Below are positions 1 through 13,912 of a stretch of DNA of 41,985 nucleotides, in pieces. The position numbers were made by a program, and so were the translations under genes. Every line of letters begins with the position of its first letter. The stretch's first letter is position 1. The notes beneath the pieces were generated by a model. That model searched no databases, was not told the origin of the DNA, and saw nothing but the letters and a program-made list of their open reading frames with translations. This DNA is from Catajapyx aquilonaris (lineage: Eukaryota), in contig KZ538890.1 in the NCBI GenBank assembly GCA_000934665.2, forward strand, positions 1 through 41,985. The letters run 5' to 3'.

Positions 1-3000
1 TCTTCATTTGCACGATTTCTGAGCGGATTTATAATTCCCTGCTCCAGGCCAAATCCTCCATTTCAAGGGTGAAACACGTATTGCGCAATCATGCCAGCAT
101 TAGTGAAAAATGCTCCTCTAAAAATTGGACAAAATCTGCCATTATCGTTAAAAACGCAAAATAAAACATTTGAAGGTTCCTATATCACGCCTTTGGCGGT
201 CATTTTAACCGAAAAAACGCCCAATTTATGATTTTTAAGGCCAAGATATTCACACCTCATGGAACAGAGAGGAAAAACGATTTCACTTTTTTATGTAAGG
301 TAATACAGTACCCTATTATTAGGAACATATTCCACTGCAAAATAATCCTAGTCCATATTAAAATCAATCTGGCAAGTATACTTTCTCTTTCACATGACTC
401 AATGCCGCAATTCTTAATCACTCTTACGTCGATTTGATCCAATAGCGTTCAAATTGACTGAAAATTTGCGAAAAAGAAAAATGATGACCGAGACAGTTGG
501 GGGATGTAAATGTTCACTCTAAAGCAGCGGGTGCTATTTCAAGTGCAAAGAAAGCTAACACGCACACACACACTGGTACACACACACAATTTAATCCTTC
601 AAAATTATTTGGAGAGCAAACAAACAGCGCGAGCTGACACATGCGGACTAATTACAGTCTGCCATAGGGTCGTTGACCATTTGTTATAAATCAGATCGTG
701 CCCATTCAGTCTCTTGCCCTTTCTTTCGGCCATACCGTACGAGCACATGACATCGTGTTTTGTTTTTTTTTAACCAACCATGCCCTACATTGAGCACAGT
801 AAACCAGAGCAGGCATACGGGCGGTGTGATATGCAAGTGCAACACGATACAACACGCGCGCATGTAAAAGTGACTCTGGCGCACAGCACATCCCACTTTC
901 GTGCAGCATGTACACTGGCATGTACGTACACTGGCATGACTTGCTTAGAAGCATCCACAAAAAAAAAGAATTCCAGGATCGCATTTCACCCTGAGCAAAT
1001 CTAAATACACCGGTAGTGAGCATGCCCCCATACAATTAAAGGCGCATCCCGGCAACAATTATCCTGATTTGCGTTCAATGTCAACCTTGAGGGGCCTGGT
1101 TACATGAAGAAATATATACGCAGCGCAAATGAGTGAGTCCAAGACCCATTGCCAACGTGACCAACCGGCGGAGTAGAATTTCATCAGCATAAATAAGCGA
1201 AATGGCAGTAATTTTCCCTCCGCTGCACTCGAAGGAACACAATTATCCTGCACTTTGTCCGCCCGCCCCCCACCAAAATGCCCCTCGCTCAACATCCGTA
1301 AAGCAAGTTTAGAAACACGGTTCGCCGAGAGGTGACATCAGGTTCGGGGTTACCCAGAAGTATATAGAATCGAAATTTTAAAACAATGGGCCCCATTCCA
1401 GGGCTACCCCCTGGCACCAAGGTGAGGCGTTTTCGCCCCTGGCTTTAAAACCGACTCTTGATATATTGGCGAGACCAGGGTTGAGTCAACAGTAATATTG
1501 AGCCATGTCGAGTGTCAATATTAGGTCAGAGTGGGATAATGGACTAGCCTTGATTCTATCTACCCAGGGATGGAAAAATATTGCACAATTTCGTGGGAGT
1601 GAGGAGAGGGGGGAAAGAGTGCTAGGAAAATAATGGCGTGCGGCTTGTTCTACGAGATCAACTAATTCCGCTTATTACAAAATCCGTAGGAGTGGAAAAA
1701 TATTGAATGAGGCACCCTCAACTCTCCAGCTCGGTCGTATATAAATCTGGAGGGCCCAGCCTTGAGCAACAATCGAATGAAATGCATGAATTCACAGTCA
1801 ATAAAAATCAGCCATTAGGCACTTTCACACGCAAACCTACAAAATTCCGGCGGAATTTACCTTCGCAGTTTCCGGCTTTTTATGTTGCAGAGCAGGAAAC
1901 ACGAAAATTTAGTTTTTTTTTCTCTCTCTCCTTTTTCCAACGAGCTATTTATCCCCATTCCAACGATTTCTGAAACAAAAAACCGTGTCCAGACCTCGCC
2001 AAGTTATTTTACAGGCTCAATCCATTAGGCAGTGAGGATCACAGCCTGCTGCCAAAAAAGTCCCTGACCATATACACATTGGCGCAGTCCATCAGAAAAC
2101 ACAGCCAAAAATAGAGGTCCGCAAAAGCCCAGATCGTGTTTTTCCATTCTTACAAATTGTCCAGACAATTCCCCCCAAAAAAATCTCCCCCGAACAAAGC
2201 ATGTTCATGCAGTGTGGTCTAGTTCCCTGTGCACTTGGCTGCTTCCCTAGTGGAAACGAAGAGAAAGTAGAAGACCATATTGTGACCTACATCCACCCTC
2301 AATACCTGGCCATGTATGCGTGTAAAGCCAATTTGAATGGCCCGAGAAAGTGAAGTGTTTCAGGGTGGAGCACCAGTCACACTTCATATGCAACACTGCA
2401 GGTCCTATATACTCCAACTGGGGTGCACTTCGCATGCCGACATTTGCATTCCCGGGACATTAAAGTGGTAAAAAAAAAAAGTTGCAGTAGTGCACAATGC
2501 TAAAAAGGCACTCACTCAAATGAGGGTAACGCCTTGGACCTACCCCTTTGACGTGACATTTTCTCACGGTCCTCTGTCGGTCATAAATATCAGAAAAGCT
2601 ATTGTCATAATAACTGAATTGAAAAATAACCAGCCGTTTTCACCATACTTACACTAATGCAAAATCTGCTGTATCGCAATAACTGTGGTTGAATTTCACT
2701 TTTTTTCTGCACTGATTGGATAAGACGTGATCTTATGCGACTAACCGACTGAGTTGACTATACCCATGCAGGAGCAAATACTTAGATAATTCGTAGTGCA
2801 ATTACGTGGATTCTATACAGTCACTCAAATATTTCCCTTCACGGAAGGAGGATATTGTTACATCTCAAAAATTAGTCATTTCGCCCCCATTCATTCCAGG
2901 CCTCCATTTCCAACTCCCATATCGCAGGCATTCCTCCAGCATTTTCAATTAAAATTTCAGCTTCCGATGCTAGCATTCGAGGCACGCTTTAAAACTGGGG

Positions 3001-6000
3001 AACAATCATTTATTTGTTTTCGTGCTATATATGCTTCCCATGCGGGTGGGTGGCCGGTTGGTGTTGTCGTGTTTCATGTCATTCCCCCTTTGAGAAAAAA
3101 CCGATAACGGACCGTGAAAGAAAACTACTTTACCTGAATAATGTAAGTGACGGGCATGAAGAGTTATCGCCCGCAGGCATGCTCCCAATAGGAATCCATG
3201 TCACGCTCTGTTTGAGACCCTTTGACTATCGATACCACCTTGCTTGCCAATGTTAATCTTGCTACCTGTTGCGTGTAAAAAAGAAGTAACCTTTGCCGCA
3301 AAATTTTATTCCTTGTGAATGAGTCACATCGTCCGGGGGGTCATTCCATTCAGCTAGAAACAAATGGAAGTTGACAAACTCGTTTAGCGTGATGAGCAGC
3401 GGTTCGGCGCTGGATGAATCACACGGGGAACATTTTATCATTCCTTTATGTTCCACACGAATGTGACGGATTGTAGCTTTTCCACATGCCCGCAGTAGTT
3501 CGAAGGCATTAATCGTACTGATAAGACAAACTCTCCAATCTACCGCCAACTGAATTTGTCGAAGTTGGAAAGTCCGGATTATAATTACCAAGGCCAATTT
3601 GTGGCGTCTGATAGCAATGAGTGGAATATTAGTCATGTGTCTGCCGGACTTTAAAATAGTGCATTACCGCACTGTATATTATTTTATCAAAAAAAAATTG
3701 CTACTTCCTCAATTATGCGCACATTTTCTGAAATAATAATCCGTCTACTACAGTGCTTTTTAAAAACAAACATACACTTTAATCCATACATGGCCTCCAC
3801 AGGGCGATGCGTACACAGGTTCACTGCATGTAATAAGCCTAGTCGATAGCAATATCGAACCAAGCGAGGGATGGCACGTAATTTATTTGTACCGCCTCTG
3901 GACAGCCAAACGCATTTATCGGTCTGCTTTCCTAGAAAATTGGTTGGGTTCATCAGCGAGTCCCTAAAACAGCGCAATAATAATTATTTTAAAAAAAAAC
4001 AAGCCAAAGTAATGCAGACTACACGTCGGAATGTTTCTACCCTGCAAAGCACATGTTCGCTCTGCACATCACAAATGTACCGGTGCATTTACCTCACTCT
4101 ACAATAAACCCCTTCGGTCACGTATGCCTGCAGGCAATATAAATATGTGGAATAACACACTATGAAAGTGAGTCAATCTGGGTGTGGAGGTACTGTACAA
4201 GTAATTCCTGCTTACCAGCCTGCACATTCCATAACGGGTTTTGACGCTCATCGAAGCTACAGAGACGAACGTTAAAGAAAAAACAAGGTCAAAATATCAA
4301 AACAAAGATTACGTTCTCAACACAACATTCCTTTTAAACCCGTCCGGGTTTCAAATCTCTGGTTACATAGCACCGTCGATCCACGTCCTTGGATTAACTT
4401 TGTCCCATTCACACTGTTGATGCAATGCAACCGGAATGAATTAAGGTGTGTCGAAGCCCATCCAGCCAGCCGTCTCCGTTTCGTGTCGGTTGAAATGAAA
4501 AGGCCAAGGACTGTTTACATATTGATTCGCCAATTCTTGGCATCGTGTACAGTACAAGTCATATCAAATAACGGGACACAGCAGTGCATGGGCGACACGC
4601 ATCCTTGGACACGGGGTGTCCCGCTTTCTGGCAGCGATCGCGCAACGTGCCAGCAGCCAACTGGATGGTCTTCCTTGACCACCACAAAAATTTGCGTGAG
4701 CCGCAAAAACCATTCTCTCCACACCAAAGGAAGAGCTTGTTTGAAGCGCTTCGAGGCAAAAAGGAGTGACTCAACACCAGGACGGTATCGAGGACACCAC
4801 TTTTTTTTTTCGGAGAGGCCAACTGTACACACAAAAAACGGAGAGATACAGTATACGGAAAGCCTTGGAAACAGTTTTTTGCCTTATGAAGACCAGACCC
4901 AATTTTTGCGTCGCGAGATGTGTTCGTGTAATGATGCCAAGGCAAAGGATGTCCTCGCTGGCTCAAGTGAACTACACCTGGCGTCGGGAAGTGACGCTCC
5001 AGTGCTGCTCAACAACCCCTTGCGATTTGTGGCGCCCAGGCTCAAGGGGTCGTTGACTGTGAGAACAACTTTTGGGGGGGAATCAAAAGACATGGTGGAT
5101 CCGAATTACAAGAATGGCCGGTTGAAATGTACCAAAATGTAGCCAGATTCCACGCATTCACTGAATGTTTCAAATTCTATAGGAGTGACTGCAATGCTTC
5201 AACATACAATGTTTGTCAGGTACTGCACAGTCCCCGGTGAGGAAACAACACAAATTCGGTAAATACCTAATCAACAATTTGCGTCTCCTTCAGCTATACT
5301 GTACTTTTCAATAACCCTGGATGTAGTACACACTAAAAATATTATCTAGCGCGACCTACAATCTGTAGTTATGAAAAGGCGTTTTATCTACAAACGACGT
5401 TTGCACAAGGATTCGTCGTCATTGTACCCCGCACTGCCCACATATGGATACAATGGCACACGGGATGACTTCACTCACGCTCATGCAGTTGATGACATAA
5501 TTCCTTTTCATTGAGAGAACACTGACTCATATGTGAGGTTTTTAAAAAACTCAGTGAGCATCCGACATGGCCGTGTATGCAGCCTGCAAATAATAGCAAT
5601 GGTGTTTTCTGCAAATAGACCCATTTTCCAAATGGCAGCACGCAGTTTGTAAATTTTGCGGTTTTTCGCAAAAATTTCCGCTTGGCTTTTTACCCTTGTT
5701 CCATACTGCATCAGGATGTTGACCCTTTCCCTACACCTGGGACTAGTTTCCGAGGCTATCCCAACGACTAAATTCTTCAAACTATGACCCCGTGAGGGTT
5801 ATCAACTATCCCAAAGGCATACCAATGTAGGCCGCACGTTTTCAGCCTATGCTACCGACACATAACTCGCGCATAATACTGTTACAGCAACGCGTTCGCT
5901 TCGGAATTTCCCCACAAAAGTTGTTCGACACAGCATCAATTAAATCCACTGTTTTCCATCATTATTCCCGCCCGGAAAATCGCATTTAAGACGTGAACAA

Positions 6001-9000
6001 AACTGCTACATCTTTTCCCAGACCCGGAACTTAACCTGCATTACGCCTGTTCATTAGACACCCTTTCACGTCGTCTGGCCCCTTTTAAAAATGTAAGCCT
6101 TGCTTCTGCAACATTTACAAGATTCTGGGTGCGGTGTGCTCCTAGCTCACCCAAAATAATCAGGTCTCTTGTTACCTCACCTGTTTTATTCATGAAGTGC
6201 TCTCTCGACTTCTTCAGTGGGAAATTTATAGAAAAAGCAAAGGGGGAATATGATTCCCAGCGCGGTGCAAGTCTGTGGGATACCAACCAACCCTGGGATA
6301 TTGTGCATCATGGATGACTCACAGTTCGGTTACTTAAAAAAAGCTTTTTAAAATGTGTGCTTCACTCAGCATGGTTACCAATCCTTGAGAGAAAATTAGG
6401 AGAACTACAGGAAGGGCGCCGGCAATGGCGGAAAGCCTGTAATTAATTGAGCAAACGCGACATCTAATTATTTCCTTCTACAGATTGGCGCTCTTTAAAA
6501 AAAATCTGCATTGGAAAAGTGGGGGTTGTGTAATGTCCTGTTTGAATAAATTCGTGCGGAGGGGACAAGGGGTTCCGAGAAAAGTACCGTAATCGATAGA
6601 GCTATAGTAACATTGACTGCTATACCTCAGGAATGTATGCGTCAGCCTCCTTTCATGCAAGTTCAATGGGCTTCCTCTCACCGACACCAATTTGTGACGG
6701 CCACCGGTTTCTTTCTGGGGTCCCTTATGAGCACTTCGCACGAAAACTGCCAACAAGGAACAGAAGGTGAAATATTTGGGGAGTAAGTGCCACATGATAT
6801 TTCCCTAAGGTGTGCCTGTTTCCTCAGCCACACTTCTTTTCCTGGTAACATGATATTGCAAATGACAGCACTTGCACTTTTCCTCCACATGCCTGCCAAT
6901 TCTAAATTCCAGCGAATCTAACTTGCCCCGGATGAGAGCTAACCTCTACATATACTGCCCACTAGGTCGTGGTCTCGTTAGCCCCTCTGGAAAGGAAAGG
7001 GTTGCACGATCTTCCTAAAATCTGGTTGGACCTGAAAGGCATTCCCACGGTCGTGATTCACGAGGTGGAGGTGTCGGCAATGACAGGGGATCCTCGCCAA
7101 GTCTGGCACGTGCATGAAGACACTATGGCTCCGGAGAGGATATTGCCCCTATACCGGATCATCCCAGGGGCTATTAGCAGGGAGTCTATAACATTGGTCG
7201 AACTGCCGCCGGACCAATTGACTTGATCACCTCTTGCAGTCAACTCTAACCTTGCCAGCAGTAAAACAAACACTTGCTTTAGCTACAGGCATTCATGGCA
7301 CAAGCTGGAACTGAGCGGCCCAAACGAGGCAACTTCTGTAGTTGACCTGAATGTGCCAACTCGCGCCATACCGAGTTTGCACCGGAATGGTGTCACTGTC
7401 AAAATCGACTCAATCTGGAGTGATAGTATAGTGACAGACATGATAGCTGATAACACTGACGCTAATTTTAAGCTCACTAATAAACACTGCCCTACTAACC
7501 TGCACAGTACTGTTACCTCAAGTTTCGCATGCACTGAAAAAATTTGCAGTTACAATTTTAATTCCAAGTGGGAAAAAAAGTTTAAACTCAGCCTGGATAT
7601 TCAGTGGCAATTACTCACAGGCAAACACTCCTAAAGACAATTAAATTGAAAGAAGCTGCGTGCAAAATAACTCTAATTGAACTAACTCAGTATACCATAT
7701 TCTAATATATTACTCCAGATTTGTGTAAAATACAAAAGAGTTACACAGAAGAATAAATTTCGTATATTCTAAAACAGCAGACATTATGTGTTGCTGCTTC
7801 AACAACAATGGTTCATAATAAAAGCAATTTCTTGGCTCACAGACACAGCACCAAGGACATAGGCTGTAGAGACTATGAATGCAGCCAGCATTATCCAGCC
7901 GCCTGCACATTGACCCTGTTACCTCCCACCCAAAACGCCTCCAAAACCGGCCATACTCTTCACCCACTTCCAATGTAACTGCACCCACACCTGGCAGCTG
8001 GCCAACCGAAAACTCCTTTTTGCCTTCATCTTTCCCGAAGCAAATTTTCTTCCCACTTGCTTCCCTGGTTATTCCAACTCTTCCCAACATATCACTTTGG
8101 TGCATGCAAAAATAATGGCACAGGTCATCGTGTGGCCCAGTGAACAAGATATAGTGCGCAACTGTAACTTTGCAAAAACTTGCCAAAAATAATTTAGTGA
8201 CTCCACAGCAGGGTTTTTAGAATTCATGTTATGGTAATGAAGCTGCTGTTGCACATGATTCAAGAACATCAGGTCAGCAAGTGAAAAACCAGTTTTCAGT
8301 AATAAATGTGCTCGATTCAACCTATTTGAAAGATACTTTACTGCCCTTATTCCAGATACTGCCTCAGAGTGAATTGGCTGGGGTTTAGATAAGTGCACAG
8401 GTTGTACACAATTATTAATGTACTGTAATTTGCATGTCAGGTGTTTTGATATAAATAGAATTTTAAAAACAAGCAAAATACACACCACTGCACACATGCA
8501 CAATTTGAAATAACAACATCTGGGGCCAGTTGTACAGCAGCCAGTAAAATGTGGAAAAGTTTGTTATTCATTGTCGGCGGCAAAATTTCTGGAGGCCCTG
8601 CAATGTCGGTAATATCAAAATGTTGCTGCATAATTTTTCTTATCATCGGTAGTGCTTGACAGGGGGCAATTACTTAAATAAGTTATCAGCCTGCAGCATT
8701 TCTCTTCAACTGTAACAGCATGAGTGAGTAGCATGTCATCCAGACTCGCATCAAAACCACTCAAACAGATGAGGTGACTGCCTCGAGCCCACCTTTTCAA
8801 CATTGGGCATTCTCTCATGTAGATGTAGCCCTGCATGGTCGGTGTTCAGCATGACAAAGAGTATTGTCACATGTATGTTTCATAGACCTTCTTTCACCTG
8901 TTTCTGTTCCGTATCAAATGAATGCTCCTGATTATTTATGATCCCTCCATGGTGAAAAAAAAACAGCGCATCATATTCCCCAATCTCAAGTTTCCACTTT

Positions 9001-9198
9001 TTCCGGGGAAAAAAAGGCAACACGATCTGGCCACGCATCAGTCTCAAAAACCATGACACTGAACCTCTCACATGGGCCTCTTTCAGGATCAATATTCCCC
9101 TGTGTAGATACGCATCTGAATTTTATATTCACCTAAGCGCAAGACTTGAGAACTTATTGTCTGTGTACAGTAGTTGTTGGTGCCATGTGCCTCCCAGG

Positions 9199-9325
9199 GT
9201 GCCAACACCAGTGACCCGTGATTCCAATGCTGCCAATACACGACCTGTGATTCCAGAGGCGCCAACATTAATTTGTGGTGATTTCCATTGGTGCCAACAT
9301 TTGTGATTCCAATGGTACCAACATG
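9199..9325. repeat. Imperfect minisatellite (GTGATTCCAATGGTGCCAACA-like unit, 4-5 copies)
   Basis: Units such as GTGATTCCAATGCTGCCAATA, GTGATTCCAGAGGCGCCAACA and GTGATTCCAATGGTACCAACA with short variable linkers. Confidence 0.55.
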
Positions 9326-9759
9326 ACTGATGTGACCAACCAAGTTCAGTGTTTCTTTTCCCCCTTCCAGCCAACCCTACCCCTTATGGGCGAACATGGG
9401 CCAGTCCCCTGCCTACATGTGCTGGGTGTTCCAGCAGACTCCCTTTCCCCGGACAGGTTCATCCAAGCGTCACCGTCTGGTGTGGTACTCACCCCTGACA
9501 GACCCAGTCACGCTCCGTCCAGCCCCATCCGCCCCGAGAGTGTCTCCAAGCTGCAGCCCCTGAGAGAGGACGGGGGCAGAGGTCCCCGCAGGCAGGCCAC
9601 GACAGTGTTCTCCTCTCACAACCACCGAGACCCGACTGACTGGTGTAGCGCTGACAGGAATGCGCCTTGCCCCCCCCCCCCCCCCCCCCCNNNNNNNNNN
9701 NNNNNNNNNTTCCCCCTTTTCCAGGTCCCCACCTCCGCAAATCCAACTGCAGGTGGGAG

Positions 9760-9882
9760 GGAGGCAGCGATTGGCCGGATGGAGCCAATGGGATCGCCCG
9801 TAGCATCCCTGCTGGTCTCCTTGTATGACGTAGGCGTCGCTTCCGAACGAACGAACGTTCGTTGAAAAACTAAAGATGGCGG
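9760..9882. promoter_or_regulatory. CpG-rich Pin1 promoter, possibly bidirectional
   Basis: ATTGG (~9770) and CCAAT (~9785) boxes, CRE-like TGACGTAG (~9826), 14-bp palindrome AACGAACGTTCGTT (9850-9863), YY1-type AAGATGGCGG overlapping the ATG. Confidence 0.55.
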
Positions 9883-12182
9883 AGGACAGCCTGCCGTCCG
9901 GTTGGGAGAAGCGCTTGAGTCGATCCACCGGTTCGTTATGTTGCCCATCTCAGAGCACTGGCGGGGGATTGGGGGGGTTGCCTGGCTGTAGTAGATTTGG
10001 TGGTTAGCATACCCGCAAAAAGTGTACTGAGAAAATTAAAGCATTGCAGTGTGTACTAGCACAGAACATGATTCTGAAACATGACCACTATTTCCCTGTA
10101 ACATGTCAGTGCAAGGAAAAGGTAGGTGACGGGCAATGCAGCAGCGCAAATGGTCGTTACGCTGCCCTCCAGGAGCCCAGTTCCACTTTGCGCTATTACG
10201 CTGGCTTGTCTTATGCACGAGACTAGTTGGTCCGAATGTACTGGCCAAATGAATTGTTACGGACCAAGCAGAGTTGCGTACGTAAATCTTGTTAGCGTAA
10301 AATTAAAATCAGGCTAAGCAGAATAGGAGTCAGAACTGAAAGTTCAGATGTTACCTTGGGAACGAACTGTTACAGCGAGACCTGTGGCTGGCAGAATCAC
10401 ATGGAACCTGACAAATTTAGACAGGTTTCCATTACATCCGTCAAAAAATACATTGCATGTCCTATGCCTGTTCCCAGAAATACTTATGCAATGGATAAGT
10501 TTCCGCTATATTCGGGGTCTGTTATGGGAAGGTTTCACTGCATGATCAATCACAGAATCAAACTAGTGACAAGGAAACTGTAATTATTGATAATTCTGAA
10601 ATAAATCTAATTACTATGCAAGTATAGGTGCAGAGAAATAAAAATACAAGTATGCAAATAAACATAAGTAATCCCTTGATGCAGTGTGGTACATACCACC
10701 ACACAGATTCCACCTTTTAACACATTTGAATATCATGTTCCTGGTCTGAAACAATAAAGTGCACATGTGGATCATACCGAAACATTTCAAAGTTGGAGGA
10801 ACTAGTGGTAATCATTCTTATATGTTACTGTCTGGGCCAAAATTGCTAGTGTGTTACTGGGGAAGTCCAACTGATCCGAATGGTAATTCTTCTGTATGGC
10901 TTCTGAATGGCATATATTCAGCTTGCTGGACCTTTCCACTACACTACACCAAACTAAGCGTCTGAATCAAACGCAATTAGTTGTATTCTGTAATGCCCAA
11001 AAACCACAAGCAAGGGATGTCTAGTACAAGAGGTTCATTGACACTGCTGAGTTATTTGAATAGTCACATATGGATGTGTAACATTCTGCTAATACCACAC
11101 TAGTCACATTAGATTATTAGCCTACTTTATGATATTTAATATCAAATTGGGGGACCTCAGAGGACAACCATGGCTCCTGTACAACAAGCTCATTTTGTAA
11201 CCAGCCTTCAGTAGAATGACCCTTGCCTATTTGTCATTATGGAAAAAAGGTCAATCTTGTGAAAAGATGTTAGGTCTTCCTGTTGAAAGTGTGGTATCAT
11301 GTCTGCTGAGGTAGCTCATACCTGCCAATGTTAGTTCAGATAAAAATAATACATTTGGCAGGAAATTTCACGCAGTTGGATCACCACTCAAAAGTTATTC
11401 AGTGTCAAATTTGGTCACTACTTCGGAAGGCCCTGTGTTAACAATACAATGGTACCTCACTGCAATATTTCTGCAGAGGGTATGACTTGTATGCGTGCAA
11501 CAAATCCTTTTCCAACACACACACACACACACAATCCGTAGCTAAAGAACAAAATTATGCATAATGTTGGCGTTGTAACATTACTGATTTTGTCTTTCTT
11601 CAGGCCAGCACTACTTCTTGAATGTGTACACAAAAGAAAGCCAATGGGAGCAGCCTGACAAGCCAGCTGAGCCGGTGTCAAGCTCAGGTCCAGAGGAGAT
11701 CCAGTGCAGCCATCTACTAGTGAAACATTGTGAGTCACGCCGTCCCTCTTCATGGCGGGAGGACAAAATCACTCGCACCAAGGATGATGCTCTAGAAATG
11801 GTCAAAGGTAACTACAAATTACTGTATCTAGCAACTTCATGGAGATCCCATGCTATCCTTTTTGTGATTATGACTTGCTTTTTAAGTTAAATTTGATGAG
11901 TCATATTGTGAAAATTAATTGTAATGAGTTCTCACTAACACTGCCTGTTTCCCATGTACAGATTATAGAGAGAAGATAGTGTCTGGCCAGGCCTCGTTTG
12001 CAGAGCTGGCGTCTAAGTATTCAGACTGCAGTTCAGCTAAGCATGGAGGAGATCTGGGTCCGTTTGGAAGAGGAGCAATGCAGAAGCCCTTTGAAGAAGC
12101 AGCCTTTGCTCTGAAAGTGGGAGAGCTGAGTGAGCCTGTCTTCAGCGACTCTGGAGTGCACATCATTCTCAGGACTGCCTGA
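9876..12182 (+). CDS. PIN1: Peptidyl-prolyl cis-trans isomerase Pin1 (WW + parvulin), 3 coding exons: 9876-9930, 11604-11807, 11962-12182; 159 aa
   Basis: Exon 1 [19 protein letters not shown] with donor GT at 9931. Exon 2 follows ttcttcag and encodes [17 protein letters not shown] (WW) and [18 protein letters not shown]; donor G|gtaact. Exon 3 follows gtacag and encodes [53 protein letters not shown]. Both introns are phase 1 and the joined CDS is 480 nt in frame. Confidence 0.97.
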
Positions 12183-12775
12183 ATTAGGGGTCCCAATGCT
12201 AATCAAAGCAGGCAGAAAAATTGAAAAAAAGCATCATGCCTCCAGCACAACATGGGTTCTTGTTTCTCAACTATCCAGTACAATTTATTGCAACAAAAGG
12301 GTGTGTTAATTTGATTATTTCTGGGATTAATTTGTGTTAATTTGCTTATTTCTTGGATTAATTTGTGCCTAATTGCCTCATTGACATGTCTCAAAATTAT
12401 GCAACTCCAAGTTGATTCTTATTTCCATATGTTGTTAAACAGGCTGGCCCAAGTTAACGCCTCCAGGGCTGAAACGTCGTAAATTACAACATCTGTCATG
12501 TTTTCCACTGGCCTGTTGTCAGATGTGCCAACTTGGAGCGCCTTTTCACCCTGCATACAGATGTGTTTCCTATTTTGCCAATATCTCAAGCATGCTTGTT
12601 ATTTTTTATCACTTGCATTGAATGCATCACATGAACCCATTAAAATGGATCGAAGACTATTATTCATCTCTTATATTGTCACTTATTTTGTCAAACTTTA
12701 TTTTCTCAATGGTAATGCTTCTTTCTAGTTGTAAGGAGTTCCCTGATGTAGTACATTGTTTTCATCCCACAAGTC

Positions 12776-12937
12776 CAGTGTTGGACATTAATCGAGGCAT
12801 ACTGCCAGTGACATTTACCGAAGTGGCAGAAGAAGGAATTTTGCTCACCCGCCTTGCAGTATCCTTATCTTCGATTCCTTCTTCTGCCACTTCGGAAAAT
12901 GTCGCTAGCAATATGCCTCGATTTATGCCCAACACTG
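12776..12937. mobile_element. Short MITE/foldback (CAGTGTTG termini) in the probable Pin1 3' UTR
   Basis: About 63-bp imperfect inverted arms (CAGTGTTGGACATTAATCGAGGCATA...CCGAAGTGGCAGAAGAAGGAAT and its reverse complement); no clean TSD. Confidence 0.7.
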
Positions 12938-13789
12938 TACTGCTCAGTAGTTTATAAAACAACCTGGTTATTGATCAATGTAAATTTAATTTTCCATGCA
13001 TATCATACTACCCAGAACACTGCAGCATGCCGATATGAAAGATCAACCATGGGGGGACCAGTATAACCAAGGAGAGCTGGCCGGCCAGTATGAAGTGGGG
13101 CAAAGTTGGTGATTTCTTCCTTCCCTTGATAATAATAATTTAATTAAGTTTTCATTTGAACAGCAATAATTCAAGAATGCCTTGTGTGGAGGGGCAAAAT
13201 GACCTGCACATTAAAAGTAAAGTATGAATGTGAACTCATGGTTATTAATAAAATTAAACCTTGGCCAGAGGGTGGGAGGAAAGTCTTGTTGAGAGTTGTG
13301 AAGGGGTAGCCTAGAGGCAGCACAACTGGCTGCTGACGAATGGGGGAGGCTGCATATAATCTCCTGTCCCCTTCGGTAGGAAATTGTAGTTTTCATCTGA
13401 CATTCTTCGCATGTAAAATGTAGGAAATATCTCACACTACACTGGCATACCTCTCCTCATACCAGCATGCCGAGATAGTGCCGAGGTGCGAACCCCTTTC
13501 TTTTCCTGAATACCACATTTATGAGAGGTAATACAGTAATATTAATACAATGTATTAGAAATGGAGAATGACTGTTACCAAATAATTGCTATTATTTGAA
13601 TGATGCTAGTGGTCTGTGTCAATGCAGATGGATCCAGTGCAAGTTAAATGTTATGCTGATATGCATTTATGATTTGAAATAATGGTTACTTTTCAATGGA
13701 AATATTCATTTCCTGTCATGTCAGTTGAACAGACTTTTTGTCTCAAGTGGTAATTTACCTTGCCATTATTGTGCTGTGATGTGTGACAC

Positions 13790-13795
13790 AATAAA
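13790..13795 (+). terminator. Candidate Pin1 polyadenylation signal AATAAA
   Basis: AATAAA followed by GT-rich sequence; the paralogous copy of this block at ~36160 reads AATGAA. Confidence 0.35.
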
Positions 13796-13912
13796 CTATT
13801 GTGAATTTGTGAGCGTGTTTAGAATTTTACAACAATTAAGTGAGACCCGGTGAAACCTGTCCATGAAGGAACATGATTTCAGGGTGTTTAAAAACTACAC
13901 AAAAAATTTTAA

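Noticed and set aside
2199..2223. Helitron-like 3' end (GCATG-TT-CATGC hairpin then CTAG|T)
   Set aside because: The stem is only 5 bp and there is no matching 5' end or second copy
4417..5142. 241-aa plus-strand ORF
   Set aside because: Non-ATG start call, no recognisable domain, homopolymer runs and several overlapping ORFs of similar quality; probably chance or a decayed TE
5400..8840. Scattered 60-160 aa ORFs as exons of a gene divergent from Pin1
   Set aside because: No phase-consistent exon chain or recognisable protein could be assembled
9199..9325. CRISPR-like repeat-spacer pattern
   Set aside because: Eukaryotic context, degenerate repeats, linkers of only about 2-10 nt and no cas genes; it is a minisatellite
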